Source of the DNA: Basidiobolus meristosporus CBS 931.73
Lineage: Eukaryota; Fungi; Basidiobolomycota
Direction: 5' to 3'
NCBI GenBank assembly: GCA_002104905.1
Contig: MCFE01000465.1
Span: 1 to 64,000, forward strand
DNA: 64,000 nt
Shown here piece after piece: positions 51,546 to 63,885 of this stretch. Position numbers and translations under genes: made by a program. Position 1 is the first letter of the stretch; each line of letters opens with the position of its first letter. The notes beneath the pieces were generated by a model, which had not been told where the DNA came from, made no database searches, and saw nothing but the letters and a program-made list of their open reading frames with translations.

Positions 51546-53092
51546 TTAGATCACCAAAGCCTTGGTAGCCATCTGGAGTGCTCCGTCCTTGGTCTGGTTG
51601 CCGCCAATGAATCCACTGTGATGAACAAATATGCATCCCTGTGACAGCAAATTAGTAGTGATACGCAACGTGTGGAGCCAGTGTGGGGCTTACCTCAACT
51701 TGGGACTTTTCCGAGAGCTCACCATCGCGATATCCACGCCAAGCTTCGGGAAGAGGACGACGGGACTCGAACGAATTGGGGGAGACTGGGACGGCTTGAA
51801 CTCTATAGGCTCCACTAAGACCATCAGGGAACAGTACATAGATAGGCTTCTTCTCGAGGTTCAACTCTTTCTCGATCTCAAACAAGTGCTCCTAAAAGAA
51901 GTCTGGGTAACTGGATTCCATAACAACAGATACCCGAGGTCTGACTAACCTTCCAGGGGCATGGACTGTCGAAAATCAGGATCTGGCCACTCTCGTGCAC
52001 CTCCATACGTGTGTTCACCGCTTTGACTACAAGATCGCGGGCAGGCAACCAAGCAAGGCCGAGGAAGCGAAGTCTTTCAACAAACTCTCCACCAGCAAGC
52101 TCCATTGCTTTCTCAAAGCGAGACTATCGACGATGAATTGTTGTTAGGCAATTGCCCATTCTAGGCTAAGGTAAGAACTAAACCGTATTACGTCCAAGTC
52201 AACATCAGTTTGGTTCCACCATGGGTTCAAGCGTCCAACGCGTGCAGCAAGGTCGGTGCGATCCTCGTACTTGGGTTCGATATCTTGAGGGTATTGAGAG
52301 ATGCCGTTGTCAATGGCGTCCAAGGCCTCGACAAAATCCTAAAGGCGGGCTCAGTAACAAGCTCAACTGCACGAATACTTGAGCATAGCTACCTTGTACA
52401 TCTTCTGGTAAAGTAGCTCCACCTTGGGATCTTCTTGTGAGAGAGACAATTGGGAGGCAATAATCTCCTTTCCGTAGTGTCTGATGGATCAGTACGTTAG
52501 CAAGCAGCTTTCAAGGGTTCTTGCAAGATTGCCATACTTGTAAATCAAACCGGCGCTGCTAAGCTTGGTCTTGAAGTCGGCGGAGAAAACTTCGCTGAAT
52601 CCACGCTAGCGTAATAGAGCTGGTTATTCATAGGCCACCCCACAAAAAGGCCAGGAGTACTAACCTGGTGGTGATCGAAACGCAACTTTTCAGGCTGGTA
52701 TTCACCTCCGACATCAATCACAGCATCACACTCGGCCAATTTGCTTTCGTCACGCGTGCGAACGATTTCTATCAATTCCCCCGAGTAAGAAAAAGGGGAC
52801 TTGTGACGAGTTCAACTAAGACTTACTAGCATCTTGAAAGCCCTGGGTTAGCTTCATCAAGTATAAGCCAAGTGCTTCATCGCTGAGAAATTTCCGTCGT
52901 TAGAGTTGGGAAGAGAGGCGTGAATGGTGAATAGACGAAATACCAATGAAAGGTTCCGTTGTGAGTTCCGATTGTCTATATGGAAACTCTTAGAGAAATC
53001 CAACGTGTACTAGCAGTGGGGTTTAGCTTTACCTTGGTCATTGTATGGATACACCTGAACGTACGAATGAAAGCTTTTGGTAAACTTGGCAT
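51546..53092 (-). CDS. MYG1: MYG1 family 3'-5' exonuclease (DHH-like), multi-exon
   Basis: [98 protein letters not shown]. Confidence 0.95.
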
Positions 53093-53490
53093 GGAATTTT
53101 TTTTCTTTTTTGTGGAGTCCCTCGCTTTATTGGGCACGTCGCCAATGAAAATTGTTTTATGGATCGGTCACAGACGTCTTATGTGTCCTTCAGGTTGGTG
53201 AATGGTTTCAGCCCGAATCGATTTTGTTATCATGCCGAATCTACACAAATCGTTGATGCTCTTTCCGCCTAGAGATATCTGTCATATAATCCATGTTTGC
53301 TGCTTGTTCAACCTGTGGCCATTAAACAGTTCCGTAAGTGTGCAGGGTTTACCATGATATGATCAACAGCTTTGCTACTTGGTAGGTTAAGTCTGTAACA
53401 TCAGGAACACCCTTGTCAGTCAATTATTTATTGGGTTATACCTTTTAACAACTTACCTTTTTGACATGGTAGAGTGTGAGGTGCTATTAG

Positions 53491-53839
53491 TGTTGCAAAA
53501 ATTTGTAATTCCACCTAAATATTCACCTAACTTAGTCACTTAGATCATTACCTTCAAATCCTAGAGAATACTCACCAAATTCCTTGTTGTGATTTACTTG
53601 GAATATTTTCACCAAAATAGCAGGTACCCTGAACATAAAGATTCTCAAAGTTGGTCAAGCAGCCCTAAACTTTGCACAAATATGCTTAGGGTCTTCCTAA
53701 ACCTATTTTAAGTGTTTCTTATGCCAAGACTATGTAAAAGTATAAATACTACTTTTACATTCAATAAATCATTAGGTGAAAACTACATAATCTACTTGTT
53801 TTCCCAAGCACTTCCAATATCTTCATGACTCTTACAACA
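53491..53839 (+). repeat. Copia 5' LTR (copy A)
   Basis: 349 bp bounded by TGTTG...CAACA and followed by GGTTATG, a typical copia post-LTR motif, then gag. Confidence 0.88.
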
Positions 53840-56143
53840 GGTTATGAACCCTGAGCTGTCACTCTCTGCAATGTCTACTACTGCTATTACTGGAACTTTT
53901 ACCTCTGCTGAAAAGTTGAATGGAACTAACTAGACAAGTGTGGAAGGTGAAGATGAAGATGCTGCTACAAGAAAGAGGCCTTTGGGATATTGTCATGGGA
54001 GAAGAATGCCCTCATAAAAACAAGGGAGAGGAAGCCATAAAGTACCAGAAGAAGGAACAAAATGCCTTTAAATACATTTGCCTTAATGTCAAAGACAAAT
54101 TGCTAATTCAATGCTCAAGAGCAAAAACAGCAAAGAATGCCTGAAAGACATTAGAAGACACCTACCAGTGATGTTCAGCTGCTAGGAAAACATATTTTAG
54201 ACAAAAATCCCTTACTACAAAGATGCTGCCAGGAGAAGAAATGAGAAATATATTTACTACAACTACCCTGATAGTGCATGAGATGGAATCTGTGGGCACA
54301 CAAACTACTGATGATGATGTGATAGTAACCATCCAGAATAGGCTAACTGACAAATTTCAGGGCCTTGTATCAGCCCTAGAGTCCAGAGCTGAGGATTTGA
54401 CCTTAAGTTATGTCTATGGAAGGCTCCTGGATGAAGAATTAAGAAAATCAAGTGCCAACAAGAAGGAAGAAGAAAAAGCCTTAATAAGCAATGATAACCA
54501 ACAAAGGAGATACTCAAGTCCCTTTTAAGGCAACAGCAGCCTGTTTTGCAACTACTGCAAAAGGAAAGGACACACATCAGACCTGTGCTTCAAAAAGAGA
54601 GATAGCCAGCAGAAAAAGCCTGATTATGGAAATGCCTCAACAACTGAAGATAGACTATTCATATCTGCTCTAAATATGGCCACATACAAGGATTCTCAGA
54701 CATGGTATATTGACTCTGGAGCATCTCAACACTTTACACACCAAAAAGAACATTTTACCTAATATCAAGAAATTCCAATTAAGAAGGTTTTCATGGGTGA
54801 TAATCAATCACTTGATGCAGTGGAATAAGGAACCATCCAAGTAAACCTTGGAAGCAGTGAAGGAAGCCATACACTGACCTTTAACAAAGTACTCTATGTA
54901 CCAGAAATAGCCAAGAACGTACTATCTGTAAGCAAGGCTGCAGCAGAAGGGCTCAGTTTCAGCTCTGACAATTCTGGATCCAGGATTGCTGATCAAGTTG
55001 ATGCCCATATTGCTTTGGATATCAGAGATCAGAATCTATACAAGTTGACTTATATTCCACAATATCTGGAAGGCAATATAAGTAACTTACATGAAGAAAC
55101 ACCAATGCTTTGGCACAGGAGATTTGGACACATCAATTTTGATTATTTGCACAAAATGATTGAAAATCAGCTAATTTCTGGAGTAAAAGTTGATCCTCAG
55201 CTAATATGGAGCACTGTGAAGCCTGCATATATAGGAAGCAAGCCAGACAACCATTCTAGAGCTCTGGGCTAATTAAAACAAAGAAAAAATCAGATCTAAC
55301 TCACTCATATCTGAGTGAACCTTTGCAAAATTTACCCTCAGGTGGGATAAAGTAATTTATTACTTTTATTAATGATTATACAAGATAAACATGGGTCTAC
55401 TTCATGGAAAGAAAGGAAGAAGCTTTGTCCAAGCTCAGGGAGCTTAGAGCCATGGTGGAGAGAGAAACTGGTGAAAAAATAAAGAAAATATGATCTAACA
55501 ATGGTGAAGATTATACCTAAAAACTCTTCATCCACTTCTGCAAAATTCATGGGATAAAGCAAGAGACTACTGTACCCTACTCTCACAACAAAATGGAGTG
55601 GCAGAATGTGCAGACAGATCAATAATTGTTATGGCAAGATCAATGATCCATGATCAAAAATTATCCTATGATTTTTGAGCAAAATCAGTTGCCAAAGCAG
55701 TGTACCTTACAAGCAGGAGTTATAGCAGAATACTATGTGATTCTACTCCATTTCATGCATGGCAAGGATTCAGACCAAGTGCAGAACATCTAAGAATACT
55801 TAGGTGCACAGCATATGCTAAGAAACTGCCCAGAAATCAGTCAAAATTTGAGTCAAAATGTATTGAATACATATTTTTGGGCTACTGCAATGAGAGTAAA
55901 GCATACAGACTATACAATACCAAAGCAACAAAGCTGATCAAGTCCAGGGATGCATTGTTTGATGAAAGTTCAAAAGTTTCATAGAAAAAGTCATCAGATG
56001 ATGACAAAAATCTGATCTCAAGTCCACCAATAGTCAGGACTGAATCAGAGTAATACAATGAAGCTTTTTTTACTCCACATGACTCTACAACCATGATATA
56101 GCTGGAATTAGAGCCCAGGAATATCCCAGAGTGATTATTTCAG
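53491..56143 (+). mobile_element. Ty1/copia retrotransposon copy A (LTR-gag-protease-integrase), degenerate, RT deleted
   Basis: KLNGTN..WKVKMKMLLQERGLWDIV, zinc knuckle CNYCKRKGHTSDLC, protease WYIDSGASQH, GAG-pre-integrase LWHRRFGHIN, integrase KI*SNNGEDY, SH3 KFESKCIEYIFLGY; many stops and frameshifts. Confidence 0.92.
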
Positions 56144-58109
56144 TTTCCTACTCATTCAAGGCTTTAAGCTCCCTGAGCTTGGACAAAGCTTCTTCCATTC
56201 TTTCCATGAAGTAGACCAACATGTATCTTGTAAAATCATCAATAAAAGTGGTCAAATACTTAATCCAACCTGAAGATAATTTTGTGTATGTCCACACAGA
56301 TCTGAGTGAATTAGATCTAATTTTTTTCTTAGTTTTGATTAACCCAGAGCTCTTGAATGGCTTTTTGGCTTGTTTCCCATATATGCAGGCTTCACAGTGC
56401 TCCAAATTAGCTGGGGATCAATTATTACTCCAGAAATTAGCTGATTTTTCATCATTTTGCGCAAATAAATTGAAATTACCGTGTCCAAATCTCCTGTGCC
56501 AAAGCATTGGTGTTTCTTCATTCAAGCTACTTATATTGGCTTCCAGATATGAAGGAATATAAGTCAACTTGTACAGATTCTGATCACAAATGCCCAAAGC
56601 AATATGAGCATCATTTTGATCAGTGATCCTGCATTCAGAATTGTCAAAGATGAAACTAAGTCCTTTTGCTGTGGCCTTGCTTACAGAAAGTAGGTTCTTG
56701 GCTATTTCTGCTATATAGAGTACTTTGTTAAAGGTCAGTGTATGGCTTCCTTCACTGCTTCTAAGGTTTACTTGGATAGTTCCTTATCCCACTGCATCAA
56801 GTGTTCTATTGTCACCCATGAAAACCTTCATAATTGGAATTTCTTGATAATGGGTAAATAGTTCTTTTTGGTGTGTAAAGTGCCGAGATGCTCCAGAGTC
56901 AATATACTATGTCTGAGAATCCTTGTATGTGGTCATATTTAGAGCAGATATGAATAGTTTATCTTCAGTTGTTGTGGCATTTCCATATTCAGGCTTTTTC
57001 TGCTGATTATCCGTGTTTTTGAAGTACCAGTCTGATGTGTGTCCTTTGCTTTTGCAGTAGTTGCAAAACAGGTTGCTAGTACCATTAAAAGCTCTTGGGC
57101 TTCTCCTTTGTTGGTTATCATTGCTAATAAAGCATCTTCTTCTTCCTTCTTATTGATGCTTGATTTCCTTAATTCTTCATCCAGGAGCCTTCCTTAGACA
57201 AAACCTAAGGTCAAATCTTCAGTTCTGGACTCTGGGCTGATACAAGGCCCTGAAACCTGTCTGTTAGTCTATTAAGGATGGTTGCTATCACATTTCCATC
57301 AGTAGTTGGTGCACCTATAGATTCCATCACATCCACCAGCAGTGTAGTTCTGTTAATTAGATTTTTGATTTCTTCTCCTGGCCACATCTTTGTAATAAAG
57401 AATTTTTGTCTGAATGCATTTTCTTGGCAGCTGAACATGACTGGTAGATGTCTTCTAATGCCTTCCAGGCAATTTTGCCGTTTTTGCTCTTGAGCTTTGA
57501 ATTAGTAATTTGTCTTTAACATTAAGGCAAATGCAGTTAAAGGCACTTTGTTCTTTCTTCTGGTGCTTTAAGGTTCCTCTCCCATGTTTTTAGGAGGGCA
57601 TTCTTCTCCAATGACAATATCCCAAAGGCCTCTTTCTTGTAGCAGCATCATCTTCACCTTCCATACTTAGTAGTCAGATCCATCCAACCTTTCAGCAGAG
57701 GAAAAATACCAGTTATAGCAATAGTAGACATTGCAGAGAGTGACAGCTCAGAGTTCATAACTTGTTGTAAGAGTCATAGAGATATTGGAAGTGCTTGGGA
57801 AAACAAGTAGACTATGTGGTTTTCACCTAATGATTTATTGAATGTCAAAGTGGTATTTATACTTTACATAGTCTTGGCATAAGAAATACTTAAAATAGGT
57901 TTAGGAAGGCCCTAAGCAAATTTGTGCAAAGTTTAGGGCTGTTTGACCCACTTTGGGAATTTTTATGCTCAGGGTACCTGCTATTTTGGTGAAAATATTC
58001 TTAGTAAATTCCAACAAGGATTTGGTCAGTATTCTCTAGGATTTGAAGGTAATGATCTAAGTGACTAAGCTAGGTGAGTATTTAGGTGGAATTACAAATT
58101 TTTACATCA
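56141..58109 (-). mobile_element. Ty1/copia copy B (LTR 58109-57763, gag, protease, integrase N-half), antisense to copy A
   Basis: Reverse complement aligns with 53491-55470 along its length, e.g. EHCEACIYGKQAKKPF, TFIDDFTRY; LTR TGATG..CAACA. Confidence 0.92.
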
Positions 58110-58350
58110 AAAGGAACTGCTGATATCTGCTTGAGGTACACCTATAAGGACCTAGGACTAGATCAGGTTGGAAACTCCAATGCTAATTGGGGACAAAATT
58201 TAGAGGATAGAAGATCCTCTGCAGGATACATCTTTCTTTACTCTTAAGGAGCAATTTCATAGAATTCAAGAAAGAAACAAACTGTAGCACTTCCTACCAT
58301 GGAGGCAGAGTATATGTCAGCCTGTGAAGCCACCCAAAGAAATATGATTT
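58110..58350 (+). mobile_element. Copia RNase H fragment (likely the continuation of copy A)
   Basis: KGTADICL..NANWGQNLEDRRSSAGYIF..AIS*NSRKKQTVALPTMEAEYMSACEA. Confidence 0.85.
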
Positions 58351-58447
58351 GGTCCTGCAGGTGGATCCAATCCAGATCAGCCATCAAGATCCAATCAGGA
58401 GACTGCAATACTATCAGCAGCTTGAAATTAATGACCATTGACTCAAT

Positions 58448-58670
58448 AGACTTGTTCTATTAGATAGTGCCACACTGAGCTATGGGTGCCAAATGGAGCC
58501 ATTGCATGCCAGAAAGGCATAGCAGACCTAAACTTGGCCACTTTGCATGAAGATGTAGAGCTATATTTCACACTCTGTGGTGAAAAATAGGCTCACTTGG
58601 CCTCCTTGGCACACTATGGCATCATTTGGCACTCATGGCTCAATGTGGTACTATCCAACAGAACAAGTCT
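58448..58670. mobile_element. 223-bp fold-back MITE with AAT target-site duplication
   Basis: AAT|AGACTTGTTC...GAACAAGTCT|AAT; arms align over about 50 bp with mostly transition mismatches, and weaker pairing continues to the centre. Confidence 0.85.
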
Positions 58671-58832
58671 AATCTTAAGAAGGGATTACAATGGCATTTA
58701 GCTAATTTTGCAGCCAAGTAAAGTTAAAAACATAACAGCATTTGTACAGTGTTTTGCCAAGGGTGGCATGGCATTGTTGTGGTCTTAGTGTGCTCTACAA
58801 CTATCTGAGTGGATCTAACCAGCCTGTACAAC

Positions 58833-60652
58833 CCCCTATGAAAAATTTTTGAGATGATCCCATCAAAAGGCTGTTACAAAGTTAATGTCCTATGACTGAG
58901 AGGTACTGATCTTGTCAGGACTCCATCCAGAGACTGTTGAAAAATAATTGCACCCCAGATTTCACAAAAAACTTTGTCAAAATTTTTCATCACAACAATG
59001 TATAAGTGGCTTTTGATTGGTTCCCTGCCAATTTGCTCACTTTCTGATATCAGACACTCTATTGCCTCCTATGTTTGTGTGAATTGATTGACTATTGCCT
59101 CTTTTTCACACTCCTTACTTCCTGACTCAACTGTTTCTCTTACTTTTCATGCGTACAAATTGATTTATTTCCGTTGAAACTTCAGTTGTACCTCAATTGC
59201 CAATTGTATTGACCTATACAAGTCTCTATACCCTACACCAACATTAAGCCCAACCTTACACTAAACAAGTAACTCCATTAAAATCCACCACTCAATAAGT
59301 ATTTCTGCTGTAACACTCTGGTTCCACAACTTTGGCAGGAACCCAACAGCTTTATGCCACTGTTCATTCACTGGTTCCCACATGTCCTGGTCTTCAGCCG
59401 GCACTGCAAGGTCTAGCTCCTCATCTGCCAGTCTTTGCAATAAATCCTTGCAATATTCCAGTGCGTTTTCTTGAGCACTGCTCTTGAAGAAGTGCTGCAA
59501 CCTCTTGGTGTGCCTATTAATGTTCCAAAACTCCACTGAAGGCATTGTGATAGTCTTTTGAGCTCTTGATGTTGTAGCCTTGTCTTTCAGTGGGATCTCC
59601 ACTCTGTCAACAATGGAGGCTGTGGTAGATGAATTGCCTTTTTCAGCAAACTCATCTACCTTGCTGGAGTGTAGCTCAACTGGCTGCGCTTCCAACTCTT
59701 GTGAAAACAGCTGTTTTCTTGTTGGTAATTCTTCTTGGCTATGATGGGACTCAGTCTGTTCCTAGCTTGTGGCGTTAATTGGCAAGAACTGCAGTTTTTG
59801 TTGCATGCCTCCCTGTCTCAGGCTTGGGTAGGCATTTTTCCCTTTACCTTTTCCTTTGTCACAGCCAGGTCTTTCACTGCTACTTTGTCTAAGTGCTTCT
59901 TGTATAGAACTATGTTTTCTCCTGGATAAATTCTGCTCTGACACATCTGTTTTGGCTGGCTTGTCCCTTGCTGGCACTCTTCTGGCAACCTGACATTTCT
60001 TTTCAGCTTGTTTTGCGCTCTCAACTGTAGTTGTGACAGGATCCTGTAAAAGCGGCTGGTTTTTATCACTGCCAGGTCCTTCACTGCTACTTTGACTGGG
60101 TGCTTCTTGAGTGGTACTACACTTTTTCCTTGATAAATGTTGTGCTGGTGCATCCATGTCTGCCTGCTTGTCCTTAAGTGGCACTCTTCCAGCTACCTGA
60201 CATCTCTTTGACACTTGTCTGGAACTTTTGGCCCTGCTTGTAACAGGCTCTTGAGGAAGCTGCTGGTTTTTAGCCATGGCACCCTTGTTCTTCTGCCTTT
60301 GATAGTTTCTGATATTCTTAAGATACTTTCTTTGCATACCAATGCTGGCCCAAAATCTGTTTGCCCATTTGAATCCAGGATAATGCTCATGGAACAAGTC
60401 AAGTGCATTCTGCTTGGCCTTGGGTTCCTGATGGTCCCATGGTATGCCGGCCTTAAGGTGATGGCATGCTAGACTTCTGACAGCCTCTTGTATATTAGCC
60501 CACTCTTCATTATTGCACTCAATGGCTTCACAGATCTTCAATGTCTTTTGATTTTTAGGCTTTAGTATAACACCACATTGTCTCCCTCCCATGCGGTGAT
60601 AGGTTTTTCTGTGGGCTTTATCTTTGGGCACTGTTGTTGTGCTTCAAAGACT
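58833..60652 (-). mobile_element. Copy 2 of unclassified 'CCCCTATG'-ended element with ORFs 59261-59695 and 59762-60631
   Basis: Homologous to 36859-38038; CpG-depleted; the long ORF is cut at its 5' end by the AGACTTGTTCC terminus at 60653. Confidence 0.7.
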
Positions 60653-61465
60653 AGACTTGTTCCATTGTACTGTGCCAGGGCGCATGGCACAATCTGTGGT
60701 TGTAAAGAACAATCAGGCGCAATATTGTAGCTACCAGAAGGCAGGATTGTTCTTGAACAATTTTGCACTGTGTGGGACATTCTCACACACTATGGCACAA
60801 TCTAACATGATGAGGTTGGCATGGATGATTGCGCCAACTTGTAATGTTTGCATCATGTGCGCAATTGGATACCGCTATTATGGCAGGTAAAATCCAGTAT
60901 TTGGATATGTTTCTTTAATGTAAATGGAAATAAATGTGTATCACACTATAAACTACACTGATACTTACCATTTTGGTTACCATCACTCCAATTGGACGGA
61001 TTCTCAGTGGTTAATTGGTTCAAAAGTATCCTGAGGCTGGCAGCCCCTAATTGGCTCATTGACTACTAAACAAGCTACCTGATTTGCCATCAAATATCCC
61101 ATTTTGCCCATTGAGAAAGTAAATCCCTGATCCTGGTGATTGGACAAGGTGTCATAGCTAGCACGCAAGCAATTGGGTAGGTGCAAAACAGATCTAATAG
61201 CTGCACTGGTATTACAGATGATGTATATATACGCAGGGTGTTTATTTATAGGGGTTCTGTCTCAAATGTGAGACAACCTTGATATTACTTATATCAAAAA
61301 TTTGATGATCACTGATTTGCAATGGCTTGATTTGGATTGCAAAAAAAAGGGTTGTTGGGATCATTACAAATAATAGCAATTCAAAGCAATTGCATCATCT
61401 TCTCCTGGGTTTTTTTCTGACAGGGATTACTACTGAAGCATTTGGTAGTGACTCACTTTGCACAC

Positions 61466-62740
61466 CTATACTACTTCCTGGCTGACTATCATCTTGGCTA
61501 CTTGTGTATTGTAGTCAGTATTTTGCATCCTAGTTGATGAGTGCAATGCTGCAGCTTGGCCGCGCTGAATTGCTCCAAAAAAACCAACTGAACCGGCCTG
61601 GAGTGCCATGCACTGACGTGTTCTTTTACTTGCCAAGGGCTTTGGTGGCTGAGGCACTTCATGTTGGTCATCATCAGTCAGTTCACCAGAAGTAACCTGC
61701 TGATGGTCAGGCAAAACAGCTCACGCAGGCATGCCTTGATGGGTTGAGATGGCCCTTGGCTGAGTTCAATGTGATGCTACATGTTGATGAGACTTGGTCT
61801 GCTCCAATGAACTTGTGTCTAAATGAGCAGTTTGGCAAGCTCTGGTAGTTTTGCCCTGAAGCATGCGCATTGACCCAATGTGCATTGACTTGATGTGGGG
61901 TGCTCTGGTAAAGGGTGTTGGCGTAGTCTGGACTGATGTGCGCTGGCGTGCTGTGGTTGCAAGAGATGGTAAGGAATCCAGCAAGGCATGCTGGCGCAAT
62001 CTGGACAATGTTGCTTGCAGCCTATATTCTTCCTCCTGAAGCTCACCATTGGATTCTTCAAGGTATTCACTTACCCTCTGTCTGATACTTTGGAGCTGTT
62101 GCCTGGATGAGTCCTGTGTATATTGCTCTTGGAAGCCACTTAGCTCTACTAATATATCACATAGTACATTAGTCATTTGAGGCAAAAACTCATTCAAAAT
62201 CTCTTTGGTTCCCAAATTTGAGGCATGAATGAACATGTCTGGCCCGTACTGAGCAAATTGTGTGCAAAATTGCTCCTGCATGTCTTCATCATGAAATCCC
62301 CTCACTCTCAGCTCATTCTTGATATCAATACTTGTCTTGTTATATATCTTTTTACATACATTGGCTGGCATCTTGATGTAGAACTCATGCCACAGCTTTC
62401 TACTCAAATTCTTCCATCTTTGTTAACTCTCTGAGGTATCTAGTTCTGCTATATTAATCAGTAGTGCCCAAGTATCTGTATGAAGGCTCATCATAGACAC
62501 TTGGGCCATACTAAAATCATTTGGCAAGAACTTGAACGGATCCAACATTGACTTATCCGGTCCAGACTGTGCTTGTGAGCTGGGGGATGGGTTTTGTCTG
62601 GGTTGTACTAAAGATGAGTTGCAACTTGATATGGGGACCATAGCAACAGATTTGGATACTTATATAGCAGTATATTGGCATTGACCTGGTCTTATATGAA
62701 ATATATATGATAACTACTGTGATTGTTGAATTTTCCATAT
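61466..62740 (-). pseudogene. Degenerate accessory ORF (helical/coiled-coil), probably transposon-borne
   Basis: ORFs 62423-62641 and 61766-62407 are in one frame separated by a stop; CpG-depleted; divergent from the transposase. Confidence 0.45.
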
Positions 62741-63001
62741 ATTATGCATGATGCTTCTTGGATTGTGTTGACATGGATCAGATCACATCAATTGCAGATT
62801 TCCTATTTTATTATAGACCTATGAGTAAAGCACCAATAAAAGACACCAAGGCATTGTTTGCGGATGATTTTTGCAACATAATGATGGGACACATGCCAAT
62901 TGATGGAGATTTAATAATAATGCATTGAAAATCAGATAAATAACGCAGATTGCACCAAATCAATTCGAACCACCTCCATACAATCATCCGCCAATTTTAA
63001 T

Positions 63002-63885
63002 ATGAATTACTCATCTGAATGTTCTTTTCTCATCAATCCCATCACTACCACTGGATTTCCTTTTGACACACTAGAGGAGATCTATCCCAAGTACTGTGAA
63101 CCATCAGCCCCCATCTACTCAAGGAGATCCCTTGTTAAGCTTCTCTGCTATTACAAGAACTATTGCCCTACAAGGTTTCATCCCACCATCCATGGCAACA
63201 AACATCCTAGAAGCTTTCATTCCCAGCTGACAGCAATGGAGAACCACCTTGCAGAGTGTACAAATGACTTGGAGCAGCTTGGAATACTAGGTTCAGAAGC
63301 TCCAATAGACTTCCATATCCCAGAGGGTTCAGCAGCAGGTTTCAAATCAGGAGTATTTTGGATACCTTCCCAGTGAGGATTAACAGACCTTCTTGAGGGC
63401 AGGGGCACTTTTATTCTGGCAAGTACAAGGCATACTGTGTGAAGTTTCAAGCACTGTCTGACATTGAGGGTAACATCATCTGGTTTAGTGGGCCATTTGC
63501 TGGAAGTAGGCATGACAAAGCAATCTGGGTAGAGAATCATCCTGAATTCAGTAGAGGGGAGAAATGTATGGCAGACTTAGCCTATATAGGAGAGGATTGT
63601 CAGAGATTAGGATGTATTACAGCTTATAGGAAGCCAAGGAATGGTGTGCTTAGCAGGAAGCAGAAGCTCTACAATGAGATATTTAATCCTTTTAGAGTGA
63701 GGGTAGAGCACACATATGGATATCTGAAGAGATTCAGCATATTGGCAGGTAAATACAGGGGAAAGTCATATACAGGAGAAAACTGCAGAATAAGTAAAAT
63801 AGTTAAGATACTTATTAATGCATAGTATGTTCATACAAGAAGACATCCACTGAGAGAAATGTGTCTGGAGCATTATGAAGAGTAA
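63002..63885 (+). mobile_element. DDE_Tnp_4 (PIF/Harbinger-IS5/PHIS group) transposase, frameshifted
   Basis: Frame-corrected LDTFPVRINRP..FYSGKYKAYCVKFQALSDIEG..SGPFAGSRHD..MADLAYIG..RVRVEHTYGYLKRFSIL; D-D-E triad present; frameshift near 63360 and internal stops. Confidence 0.88.

Noticed and set aside
51403-51546. Tight convergent arrangement of CDC8 and MYG1
   Set aside because: Short convergent spacers are ordinary in compact fungal genomes; no evidence of a functional cluster.
58358-58826. Possible older TIR element (CAGG-TGG..ATCCA / inverse) surrounding the MITE
   Set aside because: The match needs gaps and the TA duplication is present on one side only.
61241-61355. TATAGGGG and GGGATCATTACAAATA as the right end of the CCCCTATG element
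   Set aside because: The two partial matches are in the wrong order to form one terminus.
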